Shown: positions 39,196 to 49,537 of the stretch, piece by piece | Numbering within the stretch: position 1 is the first letter of the stretch | Layout: each line of letters begins with the position of its first letter | Sequence record: SRR31156797_6875 | Length of the DNA stretch: 62,149 nucleotides | Reading direction: 5' to 3' (one strand) | Program-made: the position numbers and the translations under genes | Notes under the pieces: model-generated | The model's database searches: none | The model's input: only the letters and a program-made list of their open reading frames with translations | Told to the model about the DNA's origin: nothing

Positions 39196-39274
39196 CTAAA
39201 AATCCCTTGAAAAGAGAATTTTTTTCGTGTAGACTACTGCAAAATTTCCATATAGGCAGCACGTCGGAGGTTGT

Positions 39275-40192
39275 ATGAAGAAGAAATATACGGTAATGAT
39301 TTTTGACGAATCCCGTATGGGTGAGGTCAAAACCCGGAAGATCAGCAGCAGGACAATCCGTTTCCTGATGATGAGCCTTATGCTTTATGTATTTGTTTCC
39401 GGTGCGGGTTTCTATTACCTTAATAATCTCTATAAAGAGCGTACTGTCCTTTCAAAATATCAAGTTGAAAATCTCGAGCTTAAAGATCAGATCGCAGGAT
39501 ATGAATCTCAGCTTGTTGACATGAACGAGAAAATCGCAGGTGTCCTTGAGCTTGAGAACAAAGTCAGACTCCTTGCAAAATATGGAGAGACGCAGAAAGA
39601 GAACAGACAGCTGGCTGTCGGTGGTAAGGAAGTTGATGTGCTTCAGGATCTTTCAAAAGTTTCTGAGCGTAAAGATAAAAGATTTTTCGAAGAGCTTAAT
39701 ACAAGCCTGACAAGCCTCGGCATGGAGATTGAGAAGAGATCAGTAAGCCTTTCTGAGCTTGCGGACTTCCTCGAAGAGCAGAAGCTTATGCTCAGCTCCA
39801 CTCCAACTATCTGGCCTGTTAAGGGTTGGATTTCAAGTGGCTTCGGATACAGAATCTCACCTTTTACAGGTAGAAGAGTATTCCACGAAGGTCTTGATAT
39901 AGCTACTAAATACAACACTCCACTAAAGGCAACAGCCAAAGGTATAGTTGTATTTTCCGGTAGAAAAGCTGGTTATGGTAAAACTGTTATAGTTGACCAC
40001 GGCTATGGCTACATCACTAAATACGGCCACAACAACAAGCTCCTTGTTAAAGCTGGCGATAAAGTGAACAAGGGTGATATCATCGCTGAAATAGGAAGCA
40101 CAGGGCGCAGTACTGGTCCTCACGTACACTATGAAGTGCTCGTGAACGGTATTCCTGTTAATCCGCTCAAGTTCATCGTTGGTTCCAACTAA
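39275..40192 (+). CDS. M23 family metallopeptidase with TM and coiled coil
   Basis: HEGLDIA, YGH and GRSTGPHVHYEV motifs. Confidence 0.93.
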   Translation: MKKKYTVMIFDESRMGEVKTRKISSRTIRFLMMSLMLYVFVSGAGFYYLNNLYKERTVLSKYQVENLELKDQIAGYESQLVDMNEKIAGVLELENKVRLLAKYGETQKENRQLAVGGKEVDVLQDLSKVSERKDKRFFEELNTSLTSLGMEIEKRSVSLSELADFLEEQKLMLSSTPTIWPVKGWISSGFGYRISPFTGRRVFHEGLDIATKYNTPLKATAKGIVVFSGRKAGYGKTVIVDHGYGYITKYGHNNKLLVKAGDKVNKGDIIAEIGSTGRSTGPHVHYEVLVNGIPVNPLKFIVGSN

Positions 40193-40215
40193 TAAGCTAA
40201 CAAAATAACTCATAC

Positions 40216-40243
40216 AGCCCGTCAGAGATGGCGGGCTTTTTTT
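40216..40243 (+). terminator. Rho-independent terminator
   Basis: AGCCCGTCA-GAGA-TGGCGGGCT followed by a T run. Confidence 0.88.
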
Positions 40244-40371
40244 ACGTCCACACTTCGGTATAACTACCACAAAATTGACACATCTATGATGATTTTATGC
40301 CCATTTAGACTTTGAAATAAGCACTTAATGATGTAAACTTATTAATCTATAAAAATTCTATGGGGGATCCA

Positions 40372-42414
40372 ATGCTTAGCAAATCTAGTAACAGGATAAC
40401 TAACTTACTTAAATATGCTTTTATTGCAGTTTTTGTAGTTAGTGCTCTTTCCGCATGCGTTACGGGTGAGGACGAGGCTTTTTATACGTCAAGCATGTTA
40501 ATGGCGCAAAAAGGGCAGAAGGAACAAGCTTACACAAACATGAAGAGGCTTTGTGCAAAATTTCCAGGAGATAAGAGGTTTTGTGCTGAGGTTAAAACAC
40601 TCGGAAGTGAGCTTTACAATGATAATATGAAGGTTGTTAAGTCTAAACTAGATGCTAAATCACCTGTTCCCAGAGCAGATATTAATGCGGCAGAGACTAG
40701 CCTTAGTAAAGCTTCCCAGTATGGAAGATCATCTGAGCTTTCAACATATCAGGCGAGACTGAGACAGTATAAATCTGACACTGAGAACGCTATTTCAAGC
40801 GCTAAGAGCAAAGCAGAAGCAGCCGCTTCGGAAAAGAGCTACTTTATAGCTTATGAAGCTGTTGTAAATGTTAAAAACTTGGCTCCGGCTGAGATAGGAC
40901 CTCTCGTTAATAAATACGGTTACAGTGCGGTTCAGTTTTACATGCCGGTCGCTGAGAAACTTATCGCAGAAGATAACCTGAAAGATGCTAAATCAATTCT
41001 GAATAACCTCGCTGTGATCGACCCAGGTAATGCTAAAGTTAAGCAGTATCAGTCTATTGTAGATAGTAATGACAATGCCGAATATTATCTTGCTAAAGGT
41101 GATGAAGCTAGAGAAGCTGGAGAGTTCAACCGTGCGATGAACTACTATAAGAAAGCCCTCGCATTCCCTGATGCCAGACAACAAGCGCAGAAGGCTATCG
41201 ACAACACACGTGTTCAGGTTGTTGAGGTTAGCTTTTTAAAGGGTGTTGAGTTTGCTGATCAGGAGCTTAATAAGCAGGCTTATGACAGCTTCGTAGAAGC
41301 ATTTACCACAATGAAAAATCTCCCGCTTGAGCTTAGAACTATGGTAGCTATACCGAAAGATGAGCTCGAAGCTTACTATGATAATATGTATTTCAACGGA
41401 CAGAAGGCTATGGATGAAGGTGCTTTCGGGCAGTCATACCTTTATTTCAAGATGCTTTCAGACCTCTCCCCGTCTTATCACGGGCTTAGAGAGATCAAGA
41501 AAACTGTAGAGGATAAAGTTATGGCGAGAGCTCTTAAAAGTATCGCTGTAATTCCGTTCAAGAGCCCGGCAAATGAGCCTGAGCTCGGACTTCAGGTTAC
41601 GTCTAATATCATGCAGATCCTTCAGAAAAGTCTTAATAAAGACGTAAAGATCATCGAAAGGGGAGCTCTTGAGATTCTCCTTAGAGAGTATGAGCTTGCT
41701 GTAGCTGGTAATGTTGGTGAAGAGCAGACAGAAGCTGACGCTTTCAAAATTAAGTCCGCTGATTATCTTCTTATGGGTGAGGTTCTCGACTCAAGAACAG
41801 AGACAAATATCCAAAACAGTAAGAAGAAAGTCAGAGTAAAAGTTGACGAAGAGAAGATCAGAAACATCGAGTGGGAAGACTGGTCGAAAGAACGTTCACG
41901 TGCGCTCGCAGCTAAGAGACCTTTCTACAGACGTGAGCCTACCAGATATTCTATGAAGCCTATATATGACTATGCTGAGTATGATGTAGCTTTCCATGAG
42001 AAAGTAAGCTACCTATCTATCAGCTACCGTGTGGTTGAGACATCACAGGGGCGTATCACATACAGCAACACTGTTAGATCAAAGAAAGAGGCTAGAGACG
42101 ACGCTACTAGCGGTATCGACCTTGGTACTTACAGGGTTGAGATGAAGTCTGCTAAGCTGCCTACTGATATCGAACTTAGCAACTCAGTTCGTAAAGAGAG
42201 CATCGATAATATCTCTGGTCAGGTTAGAGACCTCTTCAAAGAGCAGGACGAAAAATATTTGGCTGAAGCTGTGAAGTTTGAATCTAATAACAATCTTCAG
42301 GAAGCTGTTGAGATGTATGTTAACTCAATACTTCTTAAAATCAAGAAAGGTAAAGATGTTGCCGAGTTAGAAGATAAAGCGGGTAAATATCTTGATGTAC
42401 TTTCACTCTATTAA
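40372..42414 (+). CDS. TPR-repeat lipoprotein with CsgG/TolB-N-like C-terminal domain
   Basis: Lipobox ALSAC; TPR-like helices (YYLAKGDEAREAGEFNRAMNYYKKAL); IAVIPF...IIERGALEILLRE...ADYLLMGEV...YRVVETSQGRI. Confidence 0.75.
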   Translation: MLSKSSNRITNLLKYAFIAVFVVSALSACVTGEDEAFYTSSMLMAQKGQKEQAYTNMKRLCAKFPGDKRFCAEVKTLGSELYNDNMKVVKSKLDAKSPVPRADINAAETSLSKASQYGRSSELSTYQARLRQYKSDTENAISSAKSKAEAAASEKSYFIAYEAVVNVKNLAPAEIGPLVNKYGYSAVQFYMPVAEKLIAEDNLKDAKSILNNLAVIDPGNAKVKQYQSIVDSNDNAEYYLAKGDEAREAGEFNRAMNYYKKALAFPDARQQAQKAIDNTRVQVVEVSFLKGVEFADQELNKQAYDSFVEAFTTMKNLPLELRTMVAIPKDELEAYYDNMYFNGQKAMDEGAFGQSYLYFKMLSDLSPSYHGLREIKKTVEDKVMARALKSIAVIPFKSPANEPELGLQVTSNIMQILQKSLNKDVKIIERGALEILLREYELAVAGNVGEEQTEADAFKIKSADYLLMGEVLDSRTETNIQNSKKKVRVKVDEEKIRNIEWEDWSKERSRALAAKRPFYRREPTRYSMKPIYDYAEYDVAFHEKVSYLSISYRVVETSQGRITYSNTVRSKKEARDDATSGIDLGTYRVEMKSAKLPTDIELSNSVRKESIDNISGQVRDLFKEQDEKYLAEAVKFESNNNLQEAVEMYVNSILLKIKKGKDVAELEDKAGKYLDVLSLY

Positions 42415-45400
42415 TAAACAACTTATAAAGGTCGCACTTTTTGCGGCCTTTTTTTGCCTCCTGCTTACAACACAGGCGAGTGCCGCTCTTCCTGAGCATA
42501 TAGCCGTCCTGCCTATCGAGGGTAAGGGTAAGCCGGAGGATATGAAGGAACTTAGAGTCACTTTTTTCAACCATATAGGTTCGAAGAACTACCGTGATAT
42601 GGAACTTGAGGATGTTGATTCTAAGCTGTTTCTGCTTGAGCAGCAGACAGGAAAGAAATGGCGTGAGCTTCCTAATAAACAAGTTGCTGATCACCTCGGA
42701 GTTCAGGGACTCATATTTCTGAATGTTACCGGTATTGAAAAGATTTATGCCGGTATCTACGGAAGCCTCACTGTAAAGCTTGAAGTGACATTCGTTGAAG
42801 CGTCTACTGGGCGCATCATCTGGAAGAAAGAGAGCAAAGTTGACAGGAAGGCGGGCGGTGTTCCGCTATCACCCTGGTCGGCAATATCTACTGCGGTTCA
42901 GTCCGCACTTGTTCTTCGTGATTCGGTTAAGATTGAGCTTTTCGACAAGCTCTGTCGTAACATAGCGAAAGAACTCCCTGAGCCTGCCAGCCTGACGGTG
43001 GTGCGTGCTCCTACGATTTTTTCAGTAGTTACAAATACTCTCGACAGTCCGTTCAAAGCTCACGAGGAGATACTCGTATCCCTTAAAGGTGATGAGGGGA
43101 TGAAGGCATATTTCAATGTCATTGGTCAGACTGATGCGATATCTCTTAATGAGATGAAACCTGGGCTGTACCTTGGTAAGTATGTTATTCCTGAGGGTAC
43201 TAATTATAAATCTCAGCTTATGGAAGTTTTTCTGGTTAATTCGGAGAAGCGTAAGGTCTCTAAATATCAGGTTCCATACCTTGTGACAGTGGATACGATC
43301 CCGCCGGGTGAGCCTGCTAACTTCGAAACAGGGCTTTCTGAAAACGGCTTTAAGCTTAGCTGGGATAAACCTGAAGACGACGATATTAAAGAATTTGTAA
43401 TTGAGAAAGCTGTAACAGGGCAGACAGAATATGAGCAGCTTGCTACGACTGAGCTTAATGAATTTATCGACGATAAAGTTGCCTTTGGTCAGAAGGTTTT
43501 CTATAAAATATTTACTAATGACCTCGCTGATAACCTCAGTAAGCCTGTTGAGATTTCCCGTGTGGCAGTTAAGCCGGGACCGACAGATGTTACTGGTGAA
43601 CTGAAAGAAGATACAATTTTCTACAGCCATGGTAGTCCTTACATAGTACGTGATGAGCTGATTGTTCCTAAGGGGATAAAGCTTGTTATCGAGGCTGGTT
43701 CGGTTATCCGGTTTGAGGATGGTGCCTCACTTAAAGTTTTAGGAAGTCTCGAAAGTATTGGAACTAAAGAGAAAGGTATTACCTATAAAGGTAAAGGCTA
43801 CAATATTTTGTTGGATGATACTGGCGCTGAAGGCGGCGTTTTTAAAAATTCATTTTTTAGAAATGGCGGTGTTTTAGAGCTTTCGAACTCAGAAGCTGAA
43901 TTTGATGGTTGCAGGTTTGAGTCGTTTGAGATAGCGCTCAAAGTTACGCAAAGTTCAAAAGTTAAGATTGCTAACTCCATCTTCGGATATAATAAAACGG
44001 CACTTCTAGTGGAGTCCGGTGAGCTTGATATTGACGGAGCAGAGTTTGCACATAACAAAGAAGGGATCTCGCTACTTGCTGACATAAAAGCAACAATCGG
44101 TTCGTTAATTATGAAAAATAACGAAGTTGATGTAACCACTGAATCGGAGATTATGATCTCCAAAGTAGACGTTGCGAAGAAGGAATCTTACGAAGTGCTC
44201 AGAAGTTTCAGGGGACCGATAGTGATTACACGAGTGAAACCTTTTAATAAGACACTCAGGCTCCTTAAACACGACTCGGGTGATGACCTTATTGTTAAGA
44301 TCGCTGATAGTTTGATAGATGAAAAATACGAAGATTCACTTAAATTTATAGAGGTTCTTAAGGAACTTTTTCCTGCTAAATATTCAAAATCAAAAGCTAT
44401 TGAAGGTTACGCTCTCTTTAAAACTGGCAAGCAGAAAGAGGGGAAAGACCTCATTATGTCGGCTGAAGAAGCTTATGCGCCTAAGATAGCTGTTGCTCTC
44501 GGTCTTAGTGATCAAACGGGAGTACCTGCTAAATTAAGGTTTGTAAAGGTACGCATACCTGTGATAGGCAAAGGCGAAGGGATAGGGAAAATCGCTGTGA
44601 GTAAAGCTGTTAAGCAGTCTGTAAAAGACCATGTGACAAGCATTACAGGAAAGCTCCCTAGAAAGAAATCATTTCTGGTGAAGGGTAAAATTTTATCCAA
44701 ATCAGGCAAATATTCAACAGGTGCTTATCCGGTTGGAACAAGGGTTACAGGTTCTAAGTTTGAGGGGCTTTATCTAGTATTCCTCAATGTTAACCTTGTG
44801 CTCGCTGACCTTCAGGACTTACGCATTATAGGTAATAAGAAGCGTGAGCTGAGGATAGGAATAGCCTCATGCGGTTCTGGAGACCTTGTGCGTCCTGAGC
44901 TTGCGAAAGAGCTTAATACACTTCTCTTCCCTGTGGTGGAGCTTCCGTCGAAAGGTTGTGCACATTCGGGATATGCAAAAGATATAGCGATGAATAAGAT
45001 AGATATCCTCACTATTGTTAAGGAGACAGCGGACACTTCGAAAAGCCGTGTCAGCCAGAACCTTAAGATGATCAGTGCGGATATGGGTATAGTTACATTT
45101 GATGCTAAGACAGGTATGCAGCTTCACGACACATCAAAAGGTGTTGTCGTTTATCATATGAACGAGAGCATGGGTACAAAGGCAGCGATGAAGCAGGCTT
45201 TTGATAACGTAGGGCAGTCTGTCCTCGATAAGCTTGTTGAGATTGAGCGGAAGCGTGCTCCGGCTCCGGCGCCTGTTACCGAGGCTCCTAAGAAGAAGGG
45301 TAAACAGCAGAAAACAGCAAAGGCTGAGAGTAAGAAGCCAGCGAAAGCTCCGGCAAAAGCACCAGATAAAAAAGCGGATGACAGTGATAAGGGGATAATC

Positions 45401-46414
45401 CTCTCTGTCGCTGGGGTGGAACCTGTTTTTGCTAATATGCCTGATGCATTCACTAACAGACCATTTATGACACTCGTTATCGAAAATGAGTCGAGTGAGA
45501 ATATAAGAAAATCTGAGCTTACGCTTGATGTGCCGGGGTATTTCCCTTCGCCTATCGCTGCTGAGCTTGAGAGTATCCCAGCCCTTGAAAGGGTGAGGTT
45601 GCAGCTTTATGCTGAGTTTACCGATGCTCTGAAAAAGGTGAGTAAAACTAAGCGTACGGACGCTGTAATCAGCATTAAGTACGGTAAGAAGAAGACGCAG
45701 ATAAAATATCCTGTTGTTATCTTTGATGCTCATACAACCCGCTGGAATACAGGTGAGAAGATCGGACTTTACATCGACGACGAAGACCCGGGGATAGCTG
45801 AAATCTCAAAAGGTGTGAGTGCTGAGGCTGACAGGCTGACAACCGATAAGCAGCTTAAAAAACTGTATAAAGGTATGGTCGCATTTAACTATCTGAATGG
45901 ATTCGGCGTTAGCTTTGTCGCTGATACAAAAAGACCTTTTGCGACTGTTTACGGCAGTAATACCAAGGTAGATACGGCTAAATACCCAGCGGAGCTCCTC
46001 GCTTCTATGAAGGGTGACAGCGACGACATACTTATCGCACTTGGGTCTATACTCAAAGGAGCAGGTGTGGATATGGCTTACGCTGTTGTTGACGGCAAAA
46101 CCATGGCGATGTTTGATACATCTATACCTGAGGAACTGATGGAGAAGCTCGGCTTCAAGAAAGAGCAGGTTGTTATATATGATGAGAATATCTGGCTTCC
46201 GCTTGATGTAAGCATGGTTGGCGCTGGTGCTGTGAAAGCTTGGGAGAGCGGTGCAAAGATAGCATCAACCCTTGGCGAAAACAGTAAGCTTATTGTGCTC
46301 TCGAAAGCTGTGAAGAAGTATAAGCCGGTTAAGCTTTTCAGAAATGGAAAGAAGTTTATCCCGGTATCAACATTCCAGTCTAAATATGACGAACTGAAAT
46401 CTCAGTTTAAATAA
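42392..46414 (+). CDS. 1340-aa exported multidomain protein (DUF799/GNA1162-like, FN3, beta-helix, TPR-like, degenerate transglutaminase-like C-terminus)
   Basis: Signal peptide; IAVLP...VEASTGRIIWK..GGVPLSPW; VDTIPPGEP..LSWDKP (FN3); GSPYIV...VPKGIKLVIEAGSVIRF (beta-helix lead-in); KYPAELL..KGDSDD. Confidence 0.7.
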   Translation: MMYFHSINKQLIKVALFAAFFCLLLTTQASAALPEHIAVLPIEGKGKPEDMKELRVTFFNHIGSKNYRDMELEDVDSKLFLLEQQTGKKWRELPNKQVADHLGVQGLIFLNVTGIEKIYAGIYGSLTVKLEVTFVEASTGRIIWKKESKVDRKAGGVPLSPWSAISTAVQSALVLRDSVKIELFDKLCRNIAKELPEPASLTVVRAPTIFSVVTNTLDSPFKAHEEILVSLKGDEGMKAYFNVIGQTDAISLNEMKPGLYLGKYVIPEGTNYKSQLMEVFLVNSEKRKVSKYQVPYLVTVDTIPPGEPANFETGLSENGFKLSWDKPEDDDIKEFVIEKAVTGQTEYEQLATTELNEFIDDKVAFGQKVFYKIFTNDLADNLSKPVEISRVAVKPGPTDVTGELKEDTIFYSHGSPYIVRDELIVPKGIKLVIEAGSVIRFEDGASLKVLGSLESIGTKEKGITYKGKGYNILLDDTGAEGGVFKNSFFRNGGVLELSNSEAEFDGCRFESFEIALKVTQSSKVKIANSIFGYNKTALLVESGELDIDGAEFAHNKEGISLLADIKATIGSLIMKNNEVDVTTESEIMISKVDVAKKESYEVLRSFRGPIVITRVKPFNKTLRLLKHDSGDDLIVKIADSLIDEKYEDSLKFIEVLKELFPAKYSKSKAIEGYALFKTGKQKEGKDLIMSAEEAYAPKIAVALGLSDQTGVPAKLRFVKVRIPVIGKGEGIGKIAVSKAVKQSVKDHVTSITGKLPRKKSFLVKGKILSKSGKYSTGAYPVGTRVTGSKFEGLYLVFLNVNLVLADLQDLRIIGNKKRELRIGIASCGSGDLVRPELAKELNTLLFPVVELPSKGCAHSGYAKDIAMNKIDILTIVKETADTSKSRVSQNLKMISADMGIVTFDAKTGMQLHDTSKGVVVYHMNESMGTKAAMKQAFDNVGQSVLDKLVEIERKRAPAPAPVTEAPKKKGKQQKTAKAESKKPAKAPAKAPDKKADDSDKGIILSVAGVEPVFANMPDAFTNRPFMTLVIENESSENIRKSELTLDVPGYFPSPIAAELESIPALERVRLQLYAEFTDALKKVSKTKRTDAVISIKYGKKKTQIKYPVVIFDAHTTRWNTGEKIGLYIDDEDPGIAEISKGVSAEADRLTTDKQLKKLYKGMVAFNYLNGFGVSFVADTKRPFATVYGSNTKVDTAKYPAELLASMKGDSDDILIALGSILKGAGVDMAYAVVDGKTMAMFDTSIPEELMEKLGFKKEQVVIYDENIWLPLDVSMVGAGAVKAWESGAKIASTLGENSKLIVLSKAVKKYKPVKLFRNGKKFIPVSTFQSKYDELKSQFK

Positions 46415-46423
46415 TATCTTACG

Positions 46424-46449
46424 GGGGAGAGTGGTCTCCCCTTTTTTTT
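46424..46449 (+). terminator. Rho-independent terminator
   Basis: GGGGAGA-GTGG-TCTCCCC followed by a T run. Confidence 0.8.
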
Positions 46450-47506
46450 ATCCGTTCTCTTTTAAACTAAGCTTAAAGCTGGGACCGTTTGGAGTATTTT
46501 CAGCCCAGATTTTACCGTTCATATTGGTTATGATATTTCTGCAATGATAGAGCCCAATGCCGAGACCACCTTTTTTTTCGGTGAAGAAAGGTTCAAAGAT
46601 TCGCTCAGTGTTAGGTATGGGCGAGCCGTTGTCAGTGAAAGAGACATTTATGTAGCCGTCAGCATGAGAAACGTCCATGCTGAGTGTTATATCAGGCTCA
46701 ATCAGACTTTTCTCGTAAAAATTCTTGATAATATTTTCGAAAATTATGATGAGCAGTTTTTTGTCTGCGTACACCTCAACACTGTTACACGAGAGATTTA
46801 TTTTTACATTTAGAATGTTGGCAATATCTTGTGCCAGTTGGCAAGGGGCGATAGGTTCGAAGTTTGGTGTGTGTTCCTCAGCGTTTTTGTTGAGAGCGAA
46901 TATTACTCTGTCAGAGCGCATTTTGATAGATGGTGCTGTATCCCGCAGGTATTCGATCAGTTTATCTTTCTTCTCTGGTGTTAATGATTTAGAGAGGTTA
47001 TGTTCCATCACGTTTATAAACTGGGCGAGATTTTTTATGTCGTGGCTGAGGAAGGTATTTATCTTGTGATACTCTGAAAGAGCCTTGGATGTCGCTTTGA
47101 GCTGCAGGTTAACGTCAATTTTTAGAAGCAGAAAAATAGTCTCAACAAGGAGAATGGCCAGATAAGAACGTTCAAGTCGGAGCTTACCTGGAGATACTTC
47201 AACATAAATCGTAAAGTCTTGTGCACAAGCGAATTTTTTTATTGAATTTTTAGCATGTTTGGCGGATTTACTATACTCTGTCTCTTGATAAAAGATGTAA
47301 TATGAGTAGTCTTCAACCCCGAGCTTATCCATGAGTGGCGGCAGATTTTCAATAAAATGAACAGGGTCATAGTCTGACATTTCATTCATTCTGATAATCT
47401 CAGTGAGAATTTTCAGGAAGTTAGACACTGTATATTTCATGTAATAAATCACAAGCAGGATTATTACACCTGTAAAAATCAGTGTCTGATAAAGCAGATC
47501 AAGCAT
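46448..47506 (-). CDS. Sensor histidine kinase (PrsK-like H-box)
   Basis: FLSHDIKNL H-box; ENIIKN, DNGSP, FEPFFTEK.GGLGIGLY.CR. Confidence 0.88.
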   Translation of the reverse strand: MLDLLYQTLIFTGVIILLVIYYMKYTVSNFLKILTEIIRMNEMSDYDPVHFIENLPPLMDKLGVEDYSYYIFYQETEYSKSAKHAKNSIKKFACAQDFTIYVEVSPGKLRLERSYLAILLVETIFLLLKIDVNLQLKATSKALSEYHKINTFLSHDIKNLAQFINVMEHNLSKSLTPEKKDKLIEYLRDTAPSIKMRSDRVIFALNKNAEEHTPNFEPIAPCQLAQDIANILNVKINLSCNSVEVYADKKLLIIIFENIIKNFYEKSLIEPDITLSMDVSHADGYINVSFTDNGSPIPNTERIFEPFFTEKKGGLGIGLYHCRNIITNMNGKIWAENTPNGPSFKLSLKENG

Positions 47507-48104
47507 TCTTGTCTCTTTCGAGATTAAACTTCTTTATGAAGTAGTAGAGGCTTTCGCGTTTAACACCTAGTATCTGGGCAGATTTGTAAACGTTGAAGCC
47601 GGTTTCGTTCAGTATTCGTATTATGATGTTTTTCTCTGCCTTCTCTCTAATGTCCTGAAGACCTTTGCCGACTTCTACCTGCATTTCAATCTTTTCGACA
47701 CCTCTGCTTTTGAGCTCCATCTCAGCCTCTAAAAAGAGTTTAGCCCGCTCAATGGAAAACAGGAGCTGGTCGATGTTCATCGGTTTCACAAGATAGTCGA
47801 AACACCCGGTTTCAAGGCTTTTAACTGCCGTATCTTTCGTTAGCTGACCGGTCAGGACAATGACCTTTGCAGGGTAGTTTTCGCCTATATGACCGATTAT
47901 AAACAGACCTTCATCGGGTGTGTTCTCACACGGAGGGAGCCCAAGGTCTATGATCGCTATGTCGATCGGCTCAGCTTTAAGGGCAGCGAGTGCCTCATTT
48001 CTGTTAGAAGCCTCAAAGACTTCATAGTCGGATTCAAGAGTAAAACATAGCTGTTTTCTCAGTGCTTCGTCATCTTCTACAAGTAATATCTTTTTTATAG
48101 TCAT
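47499..48104 (-). CDS. Response regulator, REC plus Fis-type HTH (PrsR-like, no AAA+ domain)
   Basis: LLVEDD, IDLGLPP..TP.EG, IVLTG, DYLVKP; C-terminal FNVYKSAQILGVKRESLYY HTH; only 201 aa. Confidence 0.88.
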   Translation of the reverse strand: MTIKKILLVEDDEALRKQLCFTLESDYEVFEASNRNEALAALKAEPIDIAIIDLGLPPCENTPDEGLFIIGHIGENYPAKVIVLTGQLTKDTAVKSLETGCFDYLVKPMNIDQLLFSIERAKLFLEAEMELKSRGVEKIEMQVEVGKGLQDIREKAEKNIIIRILNETGFNVYKSAQILGVKRESLYYFIKKFNLERDKNA

Positions 48105-48148
48105 TCAAAAAACCTTGAACGGAGTGGCTCCGCATAGTATTGTTGATT

Positions 48149-49537
48149 ATGAAACTATTTAGCTCAGAAATATCTATTGCCAGCGGTGAAGAGACAGCAA
48201 AAGCTGTCATAATGAATAAATCACGCAACGGCTATGAGCTTTTAAATTATTATAACACAGAACCGGAGAATCTAAAGGCGCTTTCAGGTGACAAGACAAT
48301 TCATTTCGCTATCAACTACTTTGATACAATTATTGAGACTTTGAACGTACCCAACATAAAAGACCCGAAAACTTTTAAAATACTTGCGGAAAACAAGCTT
48401 AAAGAGCGTATGGAAGAGGGCATCGACTATCTCATGGCTTATAAAGCTAAAGATGGTGCAGTGCCAGGCAAAAGTGGGAATATAGAGCATAAGGTCTACC
48501 TTATCCCGTCTTCGCTCTATACAAAGTCTGATATTTTTACTGAGCGGCAGAAAGCGCGAACCAGTGTTTTTACACTCTCTGATTTCGGTCTATGCGGGAT
48601 ATCCGCCAAAGCTTTCCCTGATGATATAGTATTTCACTGTTTTGCTGACGGTGAGAAGATCATAATTAACGTAAGTCATGGTAAAACAATAATATATACC
48701 AGAGCTATGGACTATGAAGCCTCTGGTGACATGCTGATGGATAGTGTTTTTTACGAAAGTATTAACCTTACTTACATGTTTGTTACTAAAAATCTGAAAG
48801 TTGATGTACAGAGGATTGTTTTGTCCGGTAAGATGGTTGACAGACCTGAACTTTCGAAGATGCTTTTTGATTTTAACACCATACCGCAGACAGTAGCTCT
48901 GCCGGGTGAGTTTGTGAAGGGGTGCAGCAGAGAGGTCTTTCACGATTTCCTCATACCTATATCTTTATGCATGATTGATGACGCTTACGACTTTACCCCT
49001 GTGGAATACAAAGAGTTACGTGGTTTTAATATACTCAAGACGATAGTGAATTCTATACTCATTCTGCTTGCGGTTCTGATTTTCTATTTTAATATCAACT
49101 CTTTTCAACAGCTGGGATTTGCGAATGAGAGGTATAATGCGGAATCAAACGTTATTAAGCTTAAACTCGACAGAAATGTAAATAATTTCAAAGATACTGA
49201 AGACCAGAAATACGGTTTCTACTACCTTAATCAGATAAAAAAGTACAATAGAAGTGCTTTCGACCTGTACGCTGATACTGCAGACATTTTAGATTCTGGT
49301 GATTACGACAGAATAATTTATCTCCTTGATGAGAAGAGTAAATCAGCGATACTTAATATCAGGGGAAATCTTAAATTTGACAGTCTCAAAGAGATAGACA
49401 GCCATAAGCAGAAGCTTGAAAAAAAGCTTGCATTTCTTAGCAGTAAGAAAAAGATGAAAATAGAGAATAGGTCTAGATATAATATGGACTTACAGAAGGC
49501 AGAAATCAGGATATCCATCGAGAAGGTGAGACGATGA
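48149..49537 (+). CDS. Pilus alignment protein, PilM/PilN (MshI)-like fusion
   Basis: Large cytoplasmic part, one TM near residue 300, coiled coil plus C-terminal alpha/beta part; first gene of the secretin operon. Assigned mainly from position. Confidence 0.55.
   Translation: MKLFSSEISIASGEETAKAVIMNKSRNGYELLNYYNTEPENLKALSGDKTIHFAINYFDTIIETLNVPNIKDPKTFKILAENKLKERMEEGIDYLMAYKAKDGAVPGKSGNIEHKVYLIPSSLYTKSDIFTERQKARTSVFTLSDFGLCGISAKAFPDDIVFHCFADGEKIIINVSHGKTIIYTRAMDYEASGDMLMDSVFYESINLTYMFVTKNLKVDVQRIVLSGKMVDRPELSKMLFDFNTIPQTVALPGEFVKGCSREVFHDFLIPISLCMIDDAYDFTPVEYKELRGFNILKTIVNSILILLAVLIFYFNINSFQQLGFANERYNAESNVIKLKLDRNVNNFKDTEDQKYGFYYLNQIKKYNRSAFDLYADTADILDSGDYDRIIYLLDEKSKSAILNIRGNLKFDSLKEIDSHKQKLEKKLAFLSSKKKMKIENRSRYNMDLQKAEIRISIEKVRR

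Noticed and set aside
45255-45385. Lys/Ala/Pro-rich repeats in the 1340-aa protein
   Set aside because: Ordinary low-complexity interdomain linker, not a DNA tandem repeat.
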